This document shows, piece by piece, positions 10,381 through 20,601 of a DNA stretch of 64,000 bases (position 1 is the first letter of the stretch; every line of letters begins with the position of its first letter). Both the position numbers and the translations under genes were made by a program. A model generated the notes under the pieces. The model saw only the letters and a program-made list of their open reading frames with translations, was not told the DNA's origin and did not search any database. Source of the stretch: an uncultured Planctomycetaceae bacterium. Its GTDB lineage: Bacteria; Planctomycetota; Planctomycetia; Pirellulales; PALSA-1355. The stretch is from the NCBI GenBank assembly GCA_963791755.1, contig CAWBTK010000005.1, forward strand, positions 100,508-164,507. Reading direction: 5' to 3'.

Positions 10381-11267
10381 TTACTTGTCCAGCAATCCGC
10401 GGCCGCGCATCCAGTCGATGGCGCGATCGGGCCAGCTTGAAACCGCCGGCACTCCCGCGGCAAGCCCCAGACCGTGCCTGCCCTTTTCGAAGATATGCAG
10501 CTCGGCCGGCACCTTAGCCTTGCGCAGGGCCAGATAAAACAACACGCTATTCTCCGGCGGCACGCCCGCATCGGCATCGGTGTGCCACAAGAACGTGGGC
10601 GGCGTATCGGGCGTCACTTGCAGCTCATTGGAAAGGCTCTCGACCAGCTTCGGATCGGGGTTCTCGCCGAGCAGGTTCTTTTTCGATCCCTGATGTGTGC
10701 TCGGAGCGGTCAGCGAAATGACGGGATAGCACAGGATCATGAAATCGGGACGGCAACTGACCCGTTCAATCTTGTCGTCGGCCGCGGCATTGCCCTTGTC
10801 GAAATGCGTGCCCGCGGAGGAGGCCAAATGCCCGCCCGCCGAAAAGCCAAGAATGCCGATCCGCTCGGGATTGACGTGAAACTCGGCGGCGCGGGCCCGC
10901 ACGGTGCGAATCGCGCGTTGGGCGTCGCTCAAAGGCGCCGGGTGCGCATAACCGGACCCTTTGTGGCGATACTTGAGGACGAAGGCGGCCACGCCGTGGT
11001 CATTGAGCCACTTGCCGACGTCGATTCCCTCGTATCCCATCGCCAGCCCGCCGTATCCGCCGCCCGGGCAAACGACAACCGCCGCGCCGGTGGCCTTGTC
11101 GGCCGGCGGCAAGCTGATCGCAAGCGTGGGCTTGTCGTCGTCCGAGTCTCCCTTGGCGCCGGCGCGCCGGCAGGCCAGAGCAATTCGACTTTTGATTCGC
11201 CGCGAACTGTCGTGGGCGACGCGACTGCCAACACCGCCAGTGCGACGCCAAGTGCCAAAGTACGCAT
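10381..11267 (-). CDS. secreted alpha/beta hydrolase (esterase/lipase-like), 1-nt deletion near 11160
   Basis: ORF 10929..11306 supplies a signal peptide (MRTLALGVALAVLAVASPTT...ELLWPAGAP). ORF 10381..11112 supplies the hydrolase core (VVVCPGGGYGGL...GILGFSAGGHLA nucleophile elbow...HIFEKGRHG). The junction reads ...GAP|GAKGDSDDDKPTLAISLPPADKA once one G is restored. Confidence 0.8.
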
Positions 11268-11327
11268 AAGTTGCTCGATCTCCCCGGGCGCGAAGCCGCG
11301 TGCCATCGCATTAATTCTTGAGAACGT

Positions 11328-12080
11328 CTACTTTTTCACCGTGGTGAGTTTGTCTTCTGGAAACGTGGTCAGCACCAGATCCTTGAAGTGCACTTCCTGC
11401 GGCACCTTGTTCGAGTGCAGCTGCAAGCCGATGGGCGCCTCCTTGATTCGATCCGGTTCGGGATCGCGCCAGTCGAGCACTTCCACGCCATTGACCGCTA
11501 GGCGAACACGATTGCCCTGCGCGAGAATCTCCAGGTCATTCCAGTCGTGTTGCTTGCCCACTTTCTTGGCCGGCTCGCCCGAGGGAGGCAGCCCATTGCG
11601 TCCAAAAAGATCGTGCATGCCCCACCCGCTGGGAAACATCACCAGGTGCCCGGCATAGGTATACGGGTCGCCCTTGTCCGGCGCGTTGCGGCCCCAAAAG
11701 GCGATGCCCGAGTGCATTTCGGATCGAACCAGCTTGACAGTCGCCAAGAGGCGAAAGTCCGAAAAGTTGCGTTCCGTCATCAAGTAGGTGCTGACCGGGA
11801 CTGGTTCGCTATTCTTGCCCACGATCACGCCGTCCTCGACGGACCACAGCTTTTCGTTGCCGCGCCAGCCGTCGAGGTTCTTGCCGTTGAACAGTTTGAT
11901 CGTCTCGGACGTGCCGGTTTTGGGCGGAACGACCGGAGCGTCGTCGGCGTGAGCGACTGCAGACGCAGCCAGCGCGATCGTCGCCAACGCCACGGTAACG
12001 CAACGGAAATACAGATTGGCGACGTGTCCGCCAGCGGGAATCGAGTTCGACGGTGTGCCCTTAATGGTCTTGCCTGGCAT
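11328..12080 (-). CDS. DUF1080 (3-keto-disaccharide hydrolase-like) domain protein, secreted
   Basis: ORF 11328..12206. The internal ATG at 12080 (MPGKTIKG...) precedes a signal-like segment. LFNGKNLDGWRG...WSVEDGVIVG...LQLHSN..VHFKDL is the DUF1080 pattern. Confidence 0.8.
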   Translation of the reverse strand: MPGKTIKGTPSNSIPAGGHVANLYFRCVTVALATIALAASAVAHADDAPVVPPKTGTSETIKLFNGKNLDGWRGNEKLWSVEDGVIVGKNSEPVPVSTYLMTERNFSDFRLLATVKLVRSEMHSGIAFWGRNAPDKGDPYTYAGHLVMFPSGWGMHDLFGRNGLPPSGEPAKKVGKQHDWNDLEILAQGNRVRLAVNGVEVLDWRDPEPDRIKEAPIGLQLHSNKVPQEVHFKDLVLTTFPEDKLTTVKK

Positions 12081-12215
12081 GTTGACGGCTCCTGGATGTG
12101 AAAACGCGACCGGCCACGAACTCCACCCCGTCGCTGGGCCGAACAGCGTGCCCAGATCGTAACCCCGCGGCGAGGCAGCGACAAGTTTTTCGCGCGAACG
12201 GTGCATTCCGGCTTG

Positions 12216-13090
12216 CTACCGGGCCGGGTCAAACAGCAGTGGAAAGAACTGGCCCTGCATTTTCTCGCCCTTAAAAATGCGGGGCACGCCGTGCAACAGC
12301 TCGTCGTTCGATTCCGACAGTACGCCGTCGCGAAACACGTTGATCACCGTGGCTCGCCGCGGTCCATCGGTCGAATTCTCGTATGACCCGTGCACCATCA
12401 GCGGATGATGGAACGAACATTCGCCCTTTTTGAGCTCAATGGCAACCGGCTTGAATTGTGCCTTTTGCTCGTCGGAAAGCACGGTTTGAATGGCGTCCAT
12501 GTCGCCGGCCAGGCCCGTGACGGGCAGCAATTGCCAGCGGTGGCTGCCGGGAATGTATTGCAGGCAGCCGTTGTCGCGCGTGGCATCGTCCAGGCCGATC
12601 CAACAAGTCAGATGCGCCATCGGACGGGTGCGCGTCCAGTAGGAGTAATCCTGATGCCAGGCGACCACGCCGCCGTGTCCGGCGGGCTTGCAAAACAGCT
12701 GATCGTGCCAGAATCGGACGGCGCCACCCAGGAGTTGGCTGGCCGGCACGGTAAAGGCCGGATGCCAGAGAATATCGTGAAATCCGGCGCAATCCGCCAG
12801 GCGCCCAGGGCATGGAACAGCACGCGCGACGGATCGACCGACTCGTTCGAGTTGTATTCGTAAAACAGTTGCTTCGCAGGCCCTTCGGCCGCGACGAGAT
12901 CCTGCAGTTCGTCGCGCAGGTTGTCGACCTGGCGGTCGCTCAGAATTCGCACGCCGCTCAGATAGCCGTGCTCATCGAAAAAATCCAACTGCTCCTGGCT
13001 GAGGCGATACTTCCGCAAGTCTTCGCCGCGGGCAGCATCCAGCAGCGTGCCAATCGGTTCGTGTCGCATCGAGAGATCGGCCACCATCAA
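12216..13090 (-). CDS. phytanoyl-CoA dioxygenase (PhyH) family Fe(II)/2OG oxygenase, 1-nt deletion near 12779
   Basis: ORFs 12608..13090 and 12216..12749 join as ...[12 protein letters not shown]|[19 protein letters not shown]...WHQDYSYW...GSHRW... once one base is restored. Confidence 0.8.
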
Positions 13091-13111
13091 GATTCCTCCG
13101 CGCGGCCGGCG

Positions 13112-13600
13112 CTAGTGTCCGGCCAATAGCTTAACCAGGTCCAGGCTGCTGATGATTCCGACCGGGCGGTCGTCCTCGACGACAATCACGCGATGGATAT
13201 GCAGGCGGATCATGGCCTCGGCCACTTCGTTGACCGGTGTGTCGCAAGCGCATGTGACCGGTTGGTCGTGCATCGCATCTTTAACTTTCAGGTCGCCGAT
13301 CATACGTTGAAACCCGTGAAACTCGCCTGGTTTCACATGCTGAAAACCGTCCGCCTGGTCTGGCCAGGACAATTGATCGCTCACCTGCCCATCCAGGGAG
13401 CTCATCAGAACCTGGATGCGCGCGATGTCGCTGCGACTGAGCACGCCCACCAGACGTCCGTCGTCCACGACCGGCACGCCGCCGATGCGATGCTCGATCA
13501 ACAGGGCGTCAGCCTCGGCCAAAGGTTGTCCGCTGGTGGCGCTGATCAACATCCGAGTCATGATCTCCCCGGCCCGAATGGATCGAATGTCGGTTGACAT
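13112..13600 (-). CDS. CBS-domain pair protein
   Basis: ORF 13112..13765; likely ATG at 13600 (MSTDIRSIRAGEIMTR...). Two CBS motifs: HRIGGVPVVDDGRLVGVLSRSDI and IHRVIVVEDDRPVGIISSLDL. Confidence 0.8.
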   Translation of the reverse strand: MSTDIRSIRAGEIMTRMLISATSGQPLAEADALLIEHRIGGVPVVDDGRLVGVLSRSDIARIQVLMSSLDGQVSDQLSWPDQADGFQHVKPGEFHGFQRMIGDLKVKDAMHDQPVTCACDTPVNEVAEAMIRLHIHRVIVVEDDRPVGIISSLDLVKLLAGH

Positions 13601-13880
13601 GGTGTTCCTTCGTCGATGGTCTGGTAACGAAAAATCGCGAGGGCGTCGGCAAGCGCGACGCCCTCGACGATTCTCCAGATTATGTCCTGCTCGCACGTTT
13701 GAGGCCAGCGGCCCGAAGCGACTCTGGATTGATTGAGCCAAGAGTCGCTTCGAGCAGGCTGACACGTGCTTTTGTTAAAATCAGGAGGCCACTTCCAGCT
13801 TTCCCAAATCCCGCGGCGTCGGGTGTTCCAGGGACGATTCGCGTGCCGGCTTGATTGGTCCAGAATTCAGGGCGCCACCC

Positions 13881-14330
13881 CTAAGGATCCTTGACCACTT
13901 TGGCCACGGGAAGGTGCGGCCGCAGGGAGTTCAAGCGACTGGCGAGCTTCTCCGGAGGCAAGTATCCGTCGATCCGATCCAGAATGACGGCCTGGGGCGA
14001 AATTACAAAGGTGCTGGGGTAGGCCGAGACCCGGAGATCCTTGAGTAGTTGCGATTTCCCGCCCCCGTCGATAACCAGCGGGACGAACGACTGGTTGACG
14101 GCTCCGGCCACGGCGATGTCATTGTACGTGCGTTCCTTCATCTGGACGCAATAAAAGCAGCTTTCGCGCGTGACGAAGACCAGCAATGGTCGCCCATGCT
14201 CTTGCGTGATCTTCCAAGCGCTTTCCACGTTGTCGTGCCATGCAACTTTGGTCGCGTCGGCGGCAATGGCTGGCGCTATGAGCGCCAGACAGAGCGAGGC
14301 CGAACGTCCGAGGAGTGCAAATGAATTCAC
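13881..14330 (-). CDS. secreted thioredoxin-fold protein
   Basis: ORF 13881..14330 (GTG start preceded by GGAGGT). Signal peptide, then LLVFVTRESCFYCVQM (CxxC in a thioredoxin-like context). Confidence 0.7.
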   Translation of the reverse strand: MNSFALLGRSASLCLALIAPAIAADATKVAWHDNVESAWKITQEHGRPLLVFVTRESCFYCVQMKERTYNDIAVAGAVNQSFVPLVIDGGGKSQLLKDLRVSAYPSTFVISPQAVILDRIDGYLPPEKLASRLNSLRPHLPVAKVVKDP

Positions 14331-14582
14331 TGGTTACCTCCCAAATAGGTGATGGGATTCAGTCACCACCAATATCGAACCGGCGCGGTTCGCAAGCGCA
14401 GCGGAAGGGAATCTTTTTGCACGAAATTCGCCGCCGCGCCGCTAGTGGCGCGGACTGTCCGACGCGGGCTCGATCGATCGCTTGTAGCGAGCGCGGAAAG
14501 ATCACCGGTCAGGACGGGCGACGACAGGCGGCACGTCGCATCGCGACAGGAAAACCGCGCGGATGCGCCAGCGCGGCGCAAT

Positions 14583-14622
14583 AAAAAAGGCGGCGTGCCG
14601 TTTCCCGGGTCGGCACGCCGCC
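14583..14622 (-). terminator. rho-independent terminator downstream of glgX
   Basis: Perfect 12-bp inverted repeat GGCGGCGTGCCG / CGGCACGCCGCC (14589-14600 / 14611-14622) with a 10-nt loop. On the minus strand it is followed by a T-run (A-run at 14583-14588 on the plus strand). Confidence 0.75.
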
Positions 14623-14699
14623 GCGAGCTCCCCACGAGCTCGCTACTCGATGATCGATCAAATTGTTCGCGCGTCAGGCGGCGTGTAGCTTACGATCCC

Positions 14700-16778
14700 C
14701 TAGGTGGAGACAAACGCCATCATGGAATGATGGTCCAGGGCGATTCGACCAAGCGGCGGCGGAAACGGGCCGTCGAGGTTCGGATACACGTCGTTCGGAC
14801 TCGCTTGCCGAGTATCCAACAACACGCGCCAGGTGATCGGCTTGACCAGCTTGGGCAGAAGAAACTCCTGCGGCTGCCGGCCCGCGTGGTACATCACCAA
14901 AACGTGCCGCGGCGCGGGTTGGCTGGGCTCTGCCGGAGGCGCGGAAAAAAAGCAAGTCAAACTCGAGCCCTCGCCCGACCAATTCATCTTCTTTCCGTCG
15001 GGACCGAACCACATCACGTCGGGCAACTCGCCCGGGCGGCTCGGCTCGCCGTTCAAAAAATCGACTCGCCGCACCGCGGGCTGAGTGCGGCGAAAGTCGA
15101 TCAGGGACTTACAGAAATTCACCAGGCCCGCATTCTTCTCAACCAGTTTCCAATCGAACCAACTCAGCGCATTGTCCTGGCAATAGGCGTTGTTGTTGCC
15201 GCGTTGCGTGCGGCGACATTCGTCGCCGGAGAGCAACATGGGAACGCCCTGGCTAAGGAACAACGTGGCCAGAAAGTTCTTGATCTGACGCAAACGCAAA
15301 GCTTCGATTTCGGGGCGTCGCGTGGGCCCCTCGACTCCGTAATTGGAGCTGAAATTATTGGAGTCGCCGTCTCGATTTCCCTCCTCATTGGCCTCGTTGT
15401 GCTTCTCGACGTACGACACCATGTCGTTTAGCGGGAATCCGTCATGCGAGGTAATAAAGTTGATGCTGTGATACGGCTGCCGGCCGCCGGCCTGGTAGAG
15501 ATCGCTCGATCCGGCCAGCCGCGTCGCCAATGGCGGCGTCATGCCCGAGTCACCGCGCCAAAACTGCCGCACGTCGTCGCGATAGCGCCCGTTCCATTCC
15601 GCCCAGCGAAGCTGGGCGAAGGAACCAACCTGGTAGGCGCCCGAAGCATCCCACGCCTCGGCGATGATCTTGCTGTCGGCCAGCAGCGGATCCTCGGCAA
15701 TGGTTTCGACAACCGGCGGGTTGGGCAGGATCTCGCCGTTGCGGTCGCGGCTGAGAATCGAGGCCAGATCGAACCGAAAGCCGTCAACGTGGTAGTTGTG
15801 TACCCAATGCCGCAAACACAAGAAGATCATTTCGCGCACGATCGGGTGATTGCCGTTGATCGTGTTGCCGCAGCCGGAATAGTTTTTGTAATACGTGCCG
15901 CCCCCCTCGAGCATGTAGTAGACCTGGTTCTCCAGTCCCTTGAAGCTGAGCGTGGGTCCGAGCTCGTTGCCCTCGGCCGTGTGATTGAACACCACGTCGA
16001 GAATCACTTCGATGCCCGCCTGGTGCAGGGCGCGCACCATCTGCTTGAATTCGTTGACCTGACAGCCGGGCTCGGTGCCGGCCGCGTAGCCGCGATGCGG
16101 CGAAAAGAAAGCCAGCGAGTCGTAACCCCAATAGTTCGGCCGGCTCTTGCGCTCGCCCCAAAATCCGTTGATGGGAAACTCGTGCACCGGCATCAGCTCG
16201 ACGGCCGTCACGCCCAGCGACTTCAAGTACGGAATCTTGTCGATAATTCCCAGGTACGTGCCCGGGTGTTCCACGCCGCTGGAAGAAGCACGGGTAAAAC
16301 CTCGGACGTGCATCTCATAGATCACGGTTTCCGACAAATCGCGCCGCAAATGCCGGTCGCCCTGCCAATCAAACCGGTCATCGACCACCACGCACTTGGG
16401 CGGACGAATCAGGCCGTCGTCGGCCGGCAGAAAATTGCCTGCCAGGGCCCGCGCATACGGATCAATCAGCCGCGCCGAGCGGTCAAACCGCTGGCCCCGC
16501 TCCGGATCGTAAGGGCCGTCGGCCTGCAGGTGATAGAGCTGTCCGGCGCCGATGCCGGGCACGAAAACGCTCCAGATATCTCCCCAGCGGTCGTTGGACC
16601 GATCGAATACGATCACTTCCGACGGTTCGCGGTCCGCGACGTCGTCGTACAGCAAGACGCGCATATCCGTGGCGGAGCGACTGAAAATAACGAACTGCAC
16701 GCCCTGGTCGTGCAGAATCGCGCCGTAGGGCAGCGGATGGCTAAATTGAAGAGCTGGGTGACGATGCAACATCAGCAT
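14700..16778 (-). CDS. glgX: glycogen debranching enzyme
   Basis: ORF 14700..16778 (692 aa). GH13 motifs: [33 protein letters not shown]. The N-terminal CBM48-like region is present. Confidence 0.9.
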   Translation of the reverse strand: MLMLHRHPALQFSHPLPYGAILHDQGVQFVIFSRSATDMRVLLYDDVADREPSEVIVFDRSNDRWGDIWSVFVPGIGAGQLYHLQADGPYDPERGQRFDRSARLIDPYARALAGNFLPADDGLIRPPKCVVVDDRFDWQGDRHLRRDLSETVIYEMHVRGFTRASSSGVEHPGTYLGIIDKIPYLKSLGVTAVELMPVHEFPINGFWGERKSRPNYWGYDSLAFFSPHRGYAAGTEPGCQVNEFKQMVRALHQAGIEVILDVVFNHTAEGNELGPTLSFKGLENQVYYMLEGGGTYYKNYSGCGNTINGNHPIVREMIFLCLRHWVHNYHVDGFRFDLASILSRDRNGEILPNPPVVETIAEDPLLADSKIIAEAWDASGAYQVGSFAQLRWAEWNGRYRDDVRQFWRGDSGMTPPLATRLAGSSDLYQAGGRQPYHSINFITSHDGFPLNDMVSYVEKHNEANEEGNRDGDSNNFSSNYGVEGPTRRPEIEALRLRQIKNFLATLFLSQGVPMLLSGDECRRTQRGNNNAYCQDNALSWFDWKLVEKNAGLVNFCKSLIDFRRTQPAVRRVDFLNGEPSRPGELPDVMWFGPDGKKMNWSGEGSSLTCFFSAPPAEPSQPAPRHVLVMYHAGRQPQEFLLPKLVKPITWRVLLDTRQASPNDVYPNLDGPFPPPLGRIALDHHSMMAFVST

Positions 16779-17064
16779 GAAGGGGCACTCGGTCGTTCAT
16801 CAGAGGTGATCTGGGTTCGCTTCTCGCAAACATACCACCAGGGGAACGTCGTGAGCCTTAAACAGAGGAAGGAAAGTTCGAAATTCACCAGGCCGCGCGC
16901 CGCAGGCGCAGTTTCTCTTGGTCGTCTTGACTCGCGAAGGATTGCGTGCGATGACGGCCGTAAGCATCGTAGCCGTGGCGCTTGCGCACGACACGCGCCC
17001 TGCCGCGCCGCCACGCGCAAGTCCCTCTCTCATTTTTTCACGGCCGGCACTCGCCGATTTCGGC

Positions 17065-17835
17065 CTATTCGTGGCGAAATTTGGCGTGGCAGGCGTCGCA
17101 ACTTTGTGTCAGTCGCTTCATCGCCGTAGCGACCTGCGCCTGATCTTGTGCATGAACGGCAGAGTTTACCTCACCGGCCGCATCACGCATCTGAATGCAC
17201 AGTTGGACCCATCGCTCGACGTCCGCCGGCGTCTTGGCGGGTTCGGGATCGAGCAAGGACGCCTGCGCGATGGCGGCCAGCGCCGCCGACTGACCGGCCG
17301 TTTGCGCGGCCTGACGCGCCAGGCGATTGGGCTCCACTCCCCGCTTCAATCCCGTGTGGACCAGTGGCACGGCTTTCATCAGCGCGCTCAGAGAAGCCGC
17401 CTTCTCCCATTTCACTCCTTCGCCACTCCCCTCGGTGGCCGCGCGGGCGCGCTTGACGCCCTCGAGAGCCGCACCGGCTTGCTGGGCATTTTCGCCGGCA
17501 TTCGACAACTCTTGCGCCGATTTGAGCAGCGCCGCGGCGCCGGGCTTGAGCGGGTGCTGCTCGTCGTGCACGGCCAACATCAGCGCCAGCGCCGCCAACG
17601 TATTGGCGTCCTTCAACGTTCGGCTTTGCTTCGCCAGATCGAAATCCGCCGGATCGGCGAGCGACTCGCTGATTCGTCCGATGTAAAAATCGACCTGTTG
17701 AATCAGGTCCTTGGCCGGCGCGAAGCTTGAAATCTTGGGAATCTCGGGCGGTTGAGACAGCAGAGGCAGCGTCGCGACGCAGACGCCCACAACCGCCAGC
17801 GCCCCCACCACCCTGCGAATCGGCAAGTTGCTCAT
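17065..17835 (-). CDS. class II (cytochrome c'-like) haem protein with a single C-terminal CxxCH
   Basis: ORF 17065..17982; ATG at 17835 gives an N-terminal anchor/signal (MSNLPIRRVVGALAVVGVCVATLPLL). The body is helical and Ala-rich and ends ...LTQSCDACHAKFRHE. Confidence 0.6.
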   Translation of the reverse strand: MSNLPIRRVVGALAVVGVCVATLPLLSQPPEIPKISSFAPAKDLIQQVDFYIGRISESLADPADFDLAKQSRTLKDANTLAALALMLAVHDEQHPLKPGAAALLKSAQELSNAGENAQQAGAALEGVKRARAATEGSGEGVKWEKAASLSALMKAVPLVHTGLKRGVEPNRLARQAAQTAGQSAALAAIAQASLLDPEPAKTPADVERWVQLCIQMRDAAGEVNSAVHAQDQAQVATAMKRLTQSCDACHAKFRHE

Positions 17836-17924
17836 ACGATACTTTTCCAGCACCAGTTGGTATGCCGTGCACCCGGCGAAAACGTTCGGTTCGTCGATTC
17901 GACGAAATCCGCGCCGCAACCAGC

Positions 17925-20002
17925 TTACTCGACCGGCAAGCGGGCAAACAAGTCGCCCAAGTACGGTTCGTAGTGCCTCCAACGACCAACCGAGCTCGAG
18001 TAAATCGGCTGCCGCACTTGCATGGCACTAGCTGTCCGCACCGCCCGTGGACTCCGATGAAACTCCAGGCAGGCCGGATTCCATTCCAACTGACAAGCGG
18101 CCACCAGTTCCCGCGCCACTCCCTCCAAGTCCGACACCGTGCGCTCGTACCGAATCTCGTGCAAAACCACCGGCAAAACCGCGCACCAATGGCTCATCAT
18201 TCGCAAGTGTTGCGAAAAACGAGAGGCAATATGCTCGACATCTCGGGCCCAATCCACCAGCTCGAACTCGGTAAGCCAGCACGACAAGGCGACGTCGCGC
18301 AAATCACGCCGGCAATAAATGAACGTGGCCCGCGGAAACAACGCCGCCAGCAGCCCGATCAACTGGTAATTCTGCGGGGATTTGTCGACAATTCGAGGGG
18401 TGCTGCCGCCATCAAAGGCCCGCAGCCCGTCCAGGTGCCGGGCAGCCAATCGCGAAATCGATCCCGAGTCCAATTTGCCGACGCAATCCAGCGGCGAGCC
18501 GGCGCCGCGGACCGTCATGGGAATGGCCTCGAACGTTTGCGGGCCCAGGAACAATTCGCCAGCCCCGTAAACGTCCGGGTGGCTTGCCAGGATTTGTTCT
18601 ACCAGGCTCGTGCCGGAACGAGGCAATCCGAACACGAAGACCGGCCGTTGGGTGGTTAATCCGGCCCCTTTGATTCGCGTAAAAAAATCGGCATCGAAGG
18701 CCCGCAACACTCCGTCGACGAACCGCGCAGTGCTCCGCGGGGCCGTGTTCACGCCCGCTGCGCCGAAGCCGAAAGTCATACGTCAATGCGTTCGCTCGTC
18801 GCGAATACTCCGCGGCCTCGGCGTATTGGCCGCGAGCGTCCAGCACATGCGTTAATGCGAACAGCAGGTGCGCCCGCGACTCGTCGTCCATTTGAGGGCT
18901 GGCGACATGGACCTTTAAGACCTCGAAATCACTTGGGGGCAATTTCGCGCCCAGCAAGAACGCCAAAGCGCCGTAGGGGCCCGACGCTTCTGGCCGCAGA
19001 CGTTGCGACGCACGGATCGCCGCCTCGGCCTGATCCTTGTCTCCCAAATCCTTGTAGAGATTTCCCAAACGATCGTAGGCTTCGGACAGATCCGGCTGCA
19101 ATCGCAGGGCCTCGCGATAGTGTTCGGCCGCTGCCTCGCTTTGGCGCTGTTTTTCCAGCGCCTGGCCCACGACGACGTGGCCGCGCGCTGCGGGGCGGAA
19201 TCTTGGCCAGCGCGCTCCAACATTTCGCGGCCTCTAGCGGGTCTTGTCGTCGCTCGTGCAACTTGGCCAATTGTTGTAAATACACCGGATTCTCCGGTTC
19301 CAGCGTCAGGGCCGTTGTCAAACGGCGCAAAGCGTCGTCAAGCTGCCCGGACTGCTCCAGCACGAGGGCCAGGTTGGCATGCGCCAAAGCCATCTGCGGG
19401 TCCAACGCAATGGCTTGCAGATACGAGGCCTGGGCCTCTGCCAGGCGACCGAGACCATGCAGCGCATTGCCTAAATTGCGGTGCAATTCAGCAGCCCCCG
19501 GCGACGCTTGCACGGCCAACTGTAAGTGCGGCAGTGCCTCGGCTGGCCGCGAAAGCTCCAACAACAGCCGGCCCAGACTGATGCGACCCCGAATAAAGTT
19601 GGGGTCCAGCGCGACGACTTGCTGCAAATAGCCGAGTGCTTCCTCAATCCGCCCCAATCCCCGTACCGCCAGCCCCAGCGTGCACAGCGCCTCGCGCGGA
19701 TCGGCCGACAGGGCCAGTGCCGCGCGACAATTCGCCTCGGACGCTTCGAACTGGCTCAAGCCCCGCTGCGACTCGGCCAGGCTTACGAGAAATGCGGCCG
19801 TTTGTGGCTCCAGAGCAACGGCGCGCGAGAAAAACTCGACAGCCTCCGCGTATCGATTTTGCTGGTGCCGCGTGATGCCCAGCAAGTGCCAGGCGACGGC
19901 ATTTCCCGGCTCCTGCGCTACAAGCGCCTCATAGAGCGGGATTGCCTCGGCCAGTCTGCCCGCCCGGTGGGCCGCCAGCGCTGTTGTCAATGAATCTTGC
20001 AT
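17925..20002 (-). CDS. TPR-repeat / sulfotransferase fusion protein, two 1-nt insertions (near 19192-19195 and 18772-18774)
   Basis: ORFs 18929..20245 (TPR; ATG at 20002 = MQDSLTTALAAHRAGRLAEAIPLYE), 18412..19170 (TPR) and 17925..18779 (sulfotransferase). The sulfotransferase part has PVFVFGLPRSGTSLVEQIL, a PAPS-binding P-loop-like motif. The three pieces read through once a C in a C4 run and a T in a T3 run are removed. Confidence 0.8.
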
Positions 20003-20439
20003 AAAATCGCAATCGAAGCGGCTTGGAGCGACCATTCGGCCCCAGGTTCCACAAGGCCCTCGAGCACCCGGCGCGGCACACTCTCTGCTCGCGCGAAAGA
20101 CACCGCCGACGTCGAATTCGACGACGCACGCGAGCTTGCGCGCTCCATTGTGATCTTGGTCTTCGACGAACGGAACTGTCAACTCACGTTCGGCGCGATT
20201 CGCCCCTGTTTTTTGGGCATTTTCGACGATTTTTGCATGCGGCATCCGGCGCTCCGCGGCAGCGGTTTTCGAGCGCCTCTCGCCGTTGCTCTCGATCGGC
20301 TGAGGTTGCTTCCAGACACGAGTACGAGAAAAACGACTGTGGGCGCCATCCTCTCAGCGTTAGCGGACCCGCGAGCGGACTCGGAAGACGCACCCGGGGA
20401 AAATACTCGGTTTTTTTGAAATTTTTTTCCCGAAGCTAG

Positions 20440-20468
20440 TTGACATTGCAGTTAGCTGCGGGTTCAAT
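20440..20468 (+). promoter_or_regulatory. candidate sigma70-like promoter (TTGACA-N17-TTCAAT) for the giant surface-protein gene
   Basis: Read directly: TTGACA at 20440-20445 and TTCAAT at 20463-20468. Preceded by AT-rich T-runs at 20411-20428. This gives a ~130-nt leader to the ATG at 20602, which has an AGGAG RBS. Confidence 0.35.
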
Positions 20469-20601
20469 GTGGAGAACGAGACGGGATAGATAATCCGTTC
20501 AGTCAGAACAGATTTTCCCATCCGTGCATTCGCTTCCATCGTTTCGCGTTACCAGGTGTCTCCCGATCGCCATCTTCCAAATCCCTTGGTAGGAGCCTCG
20601 C

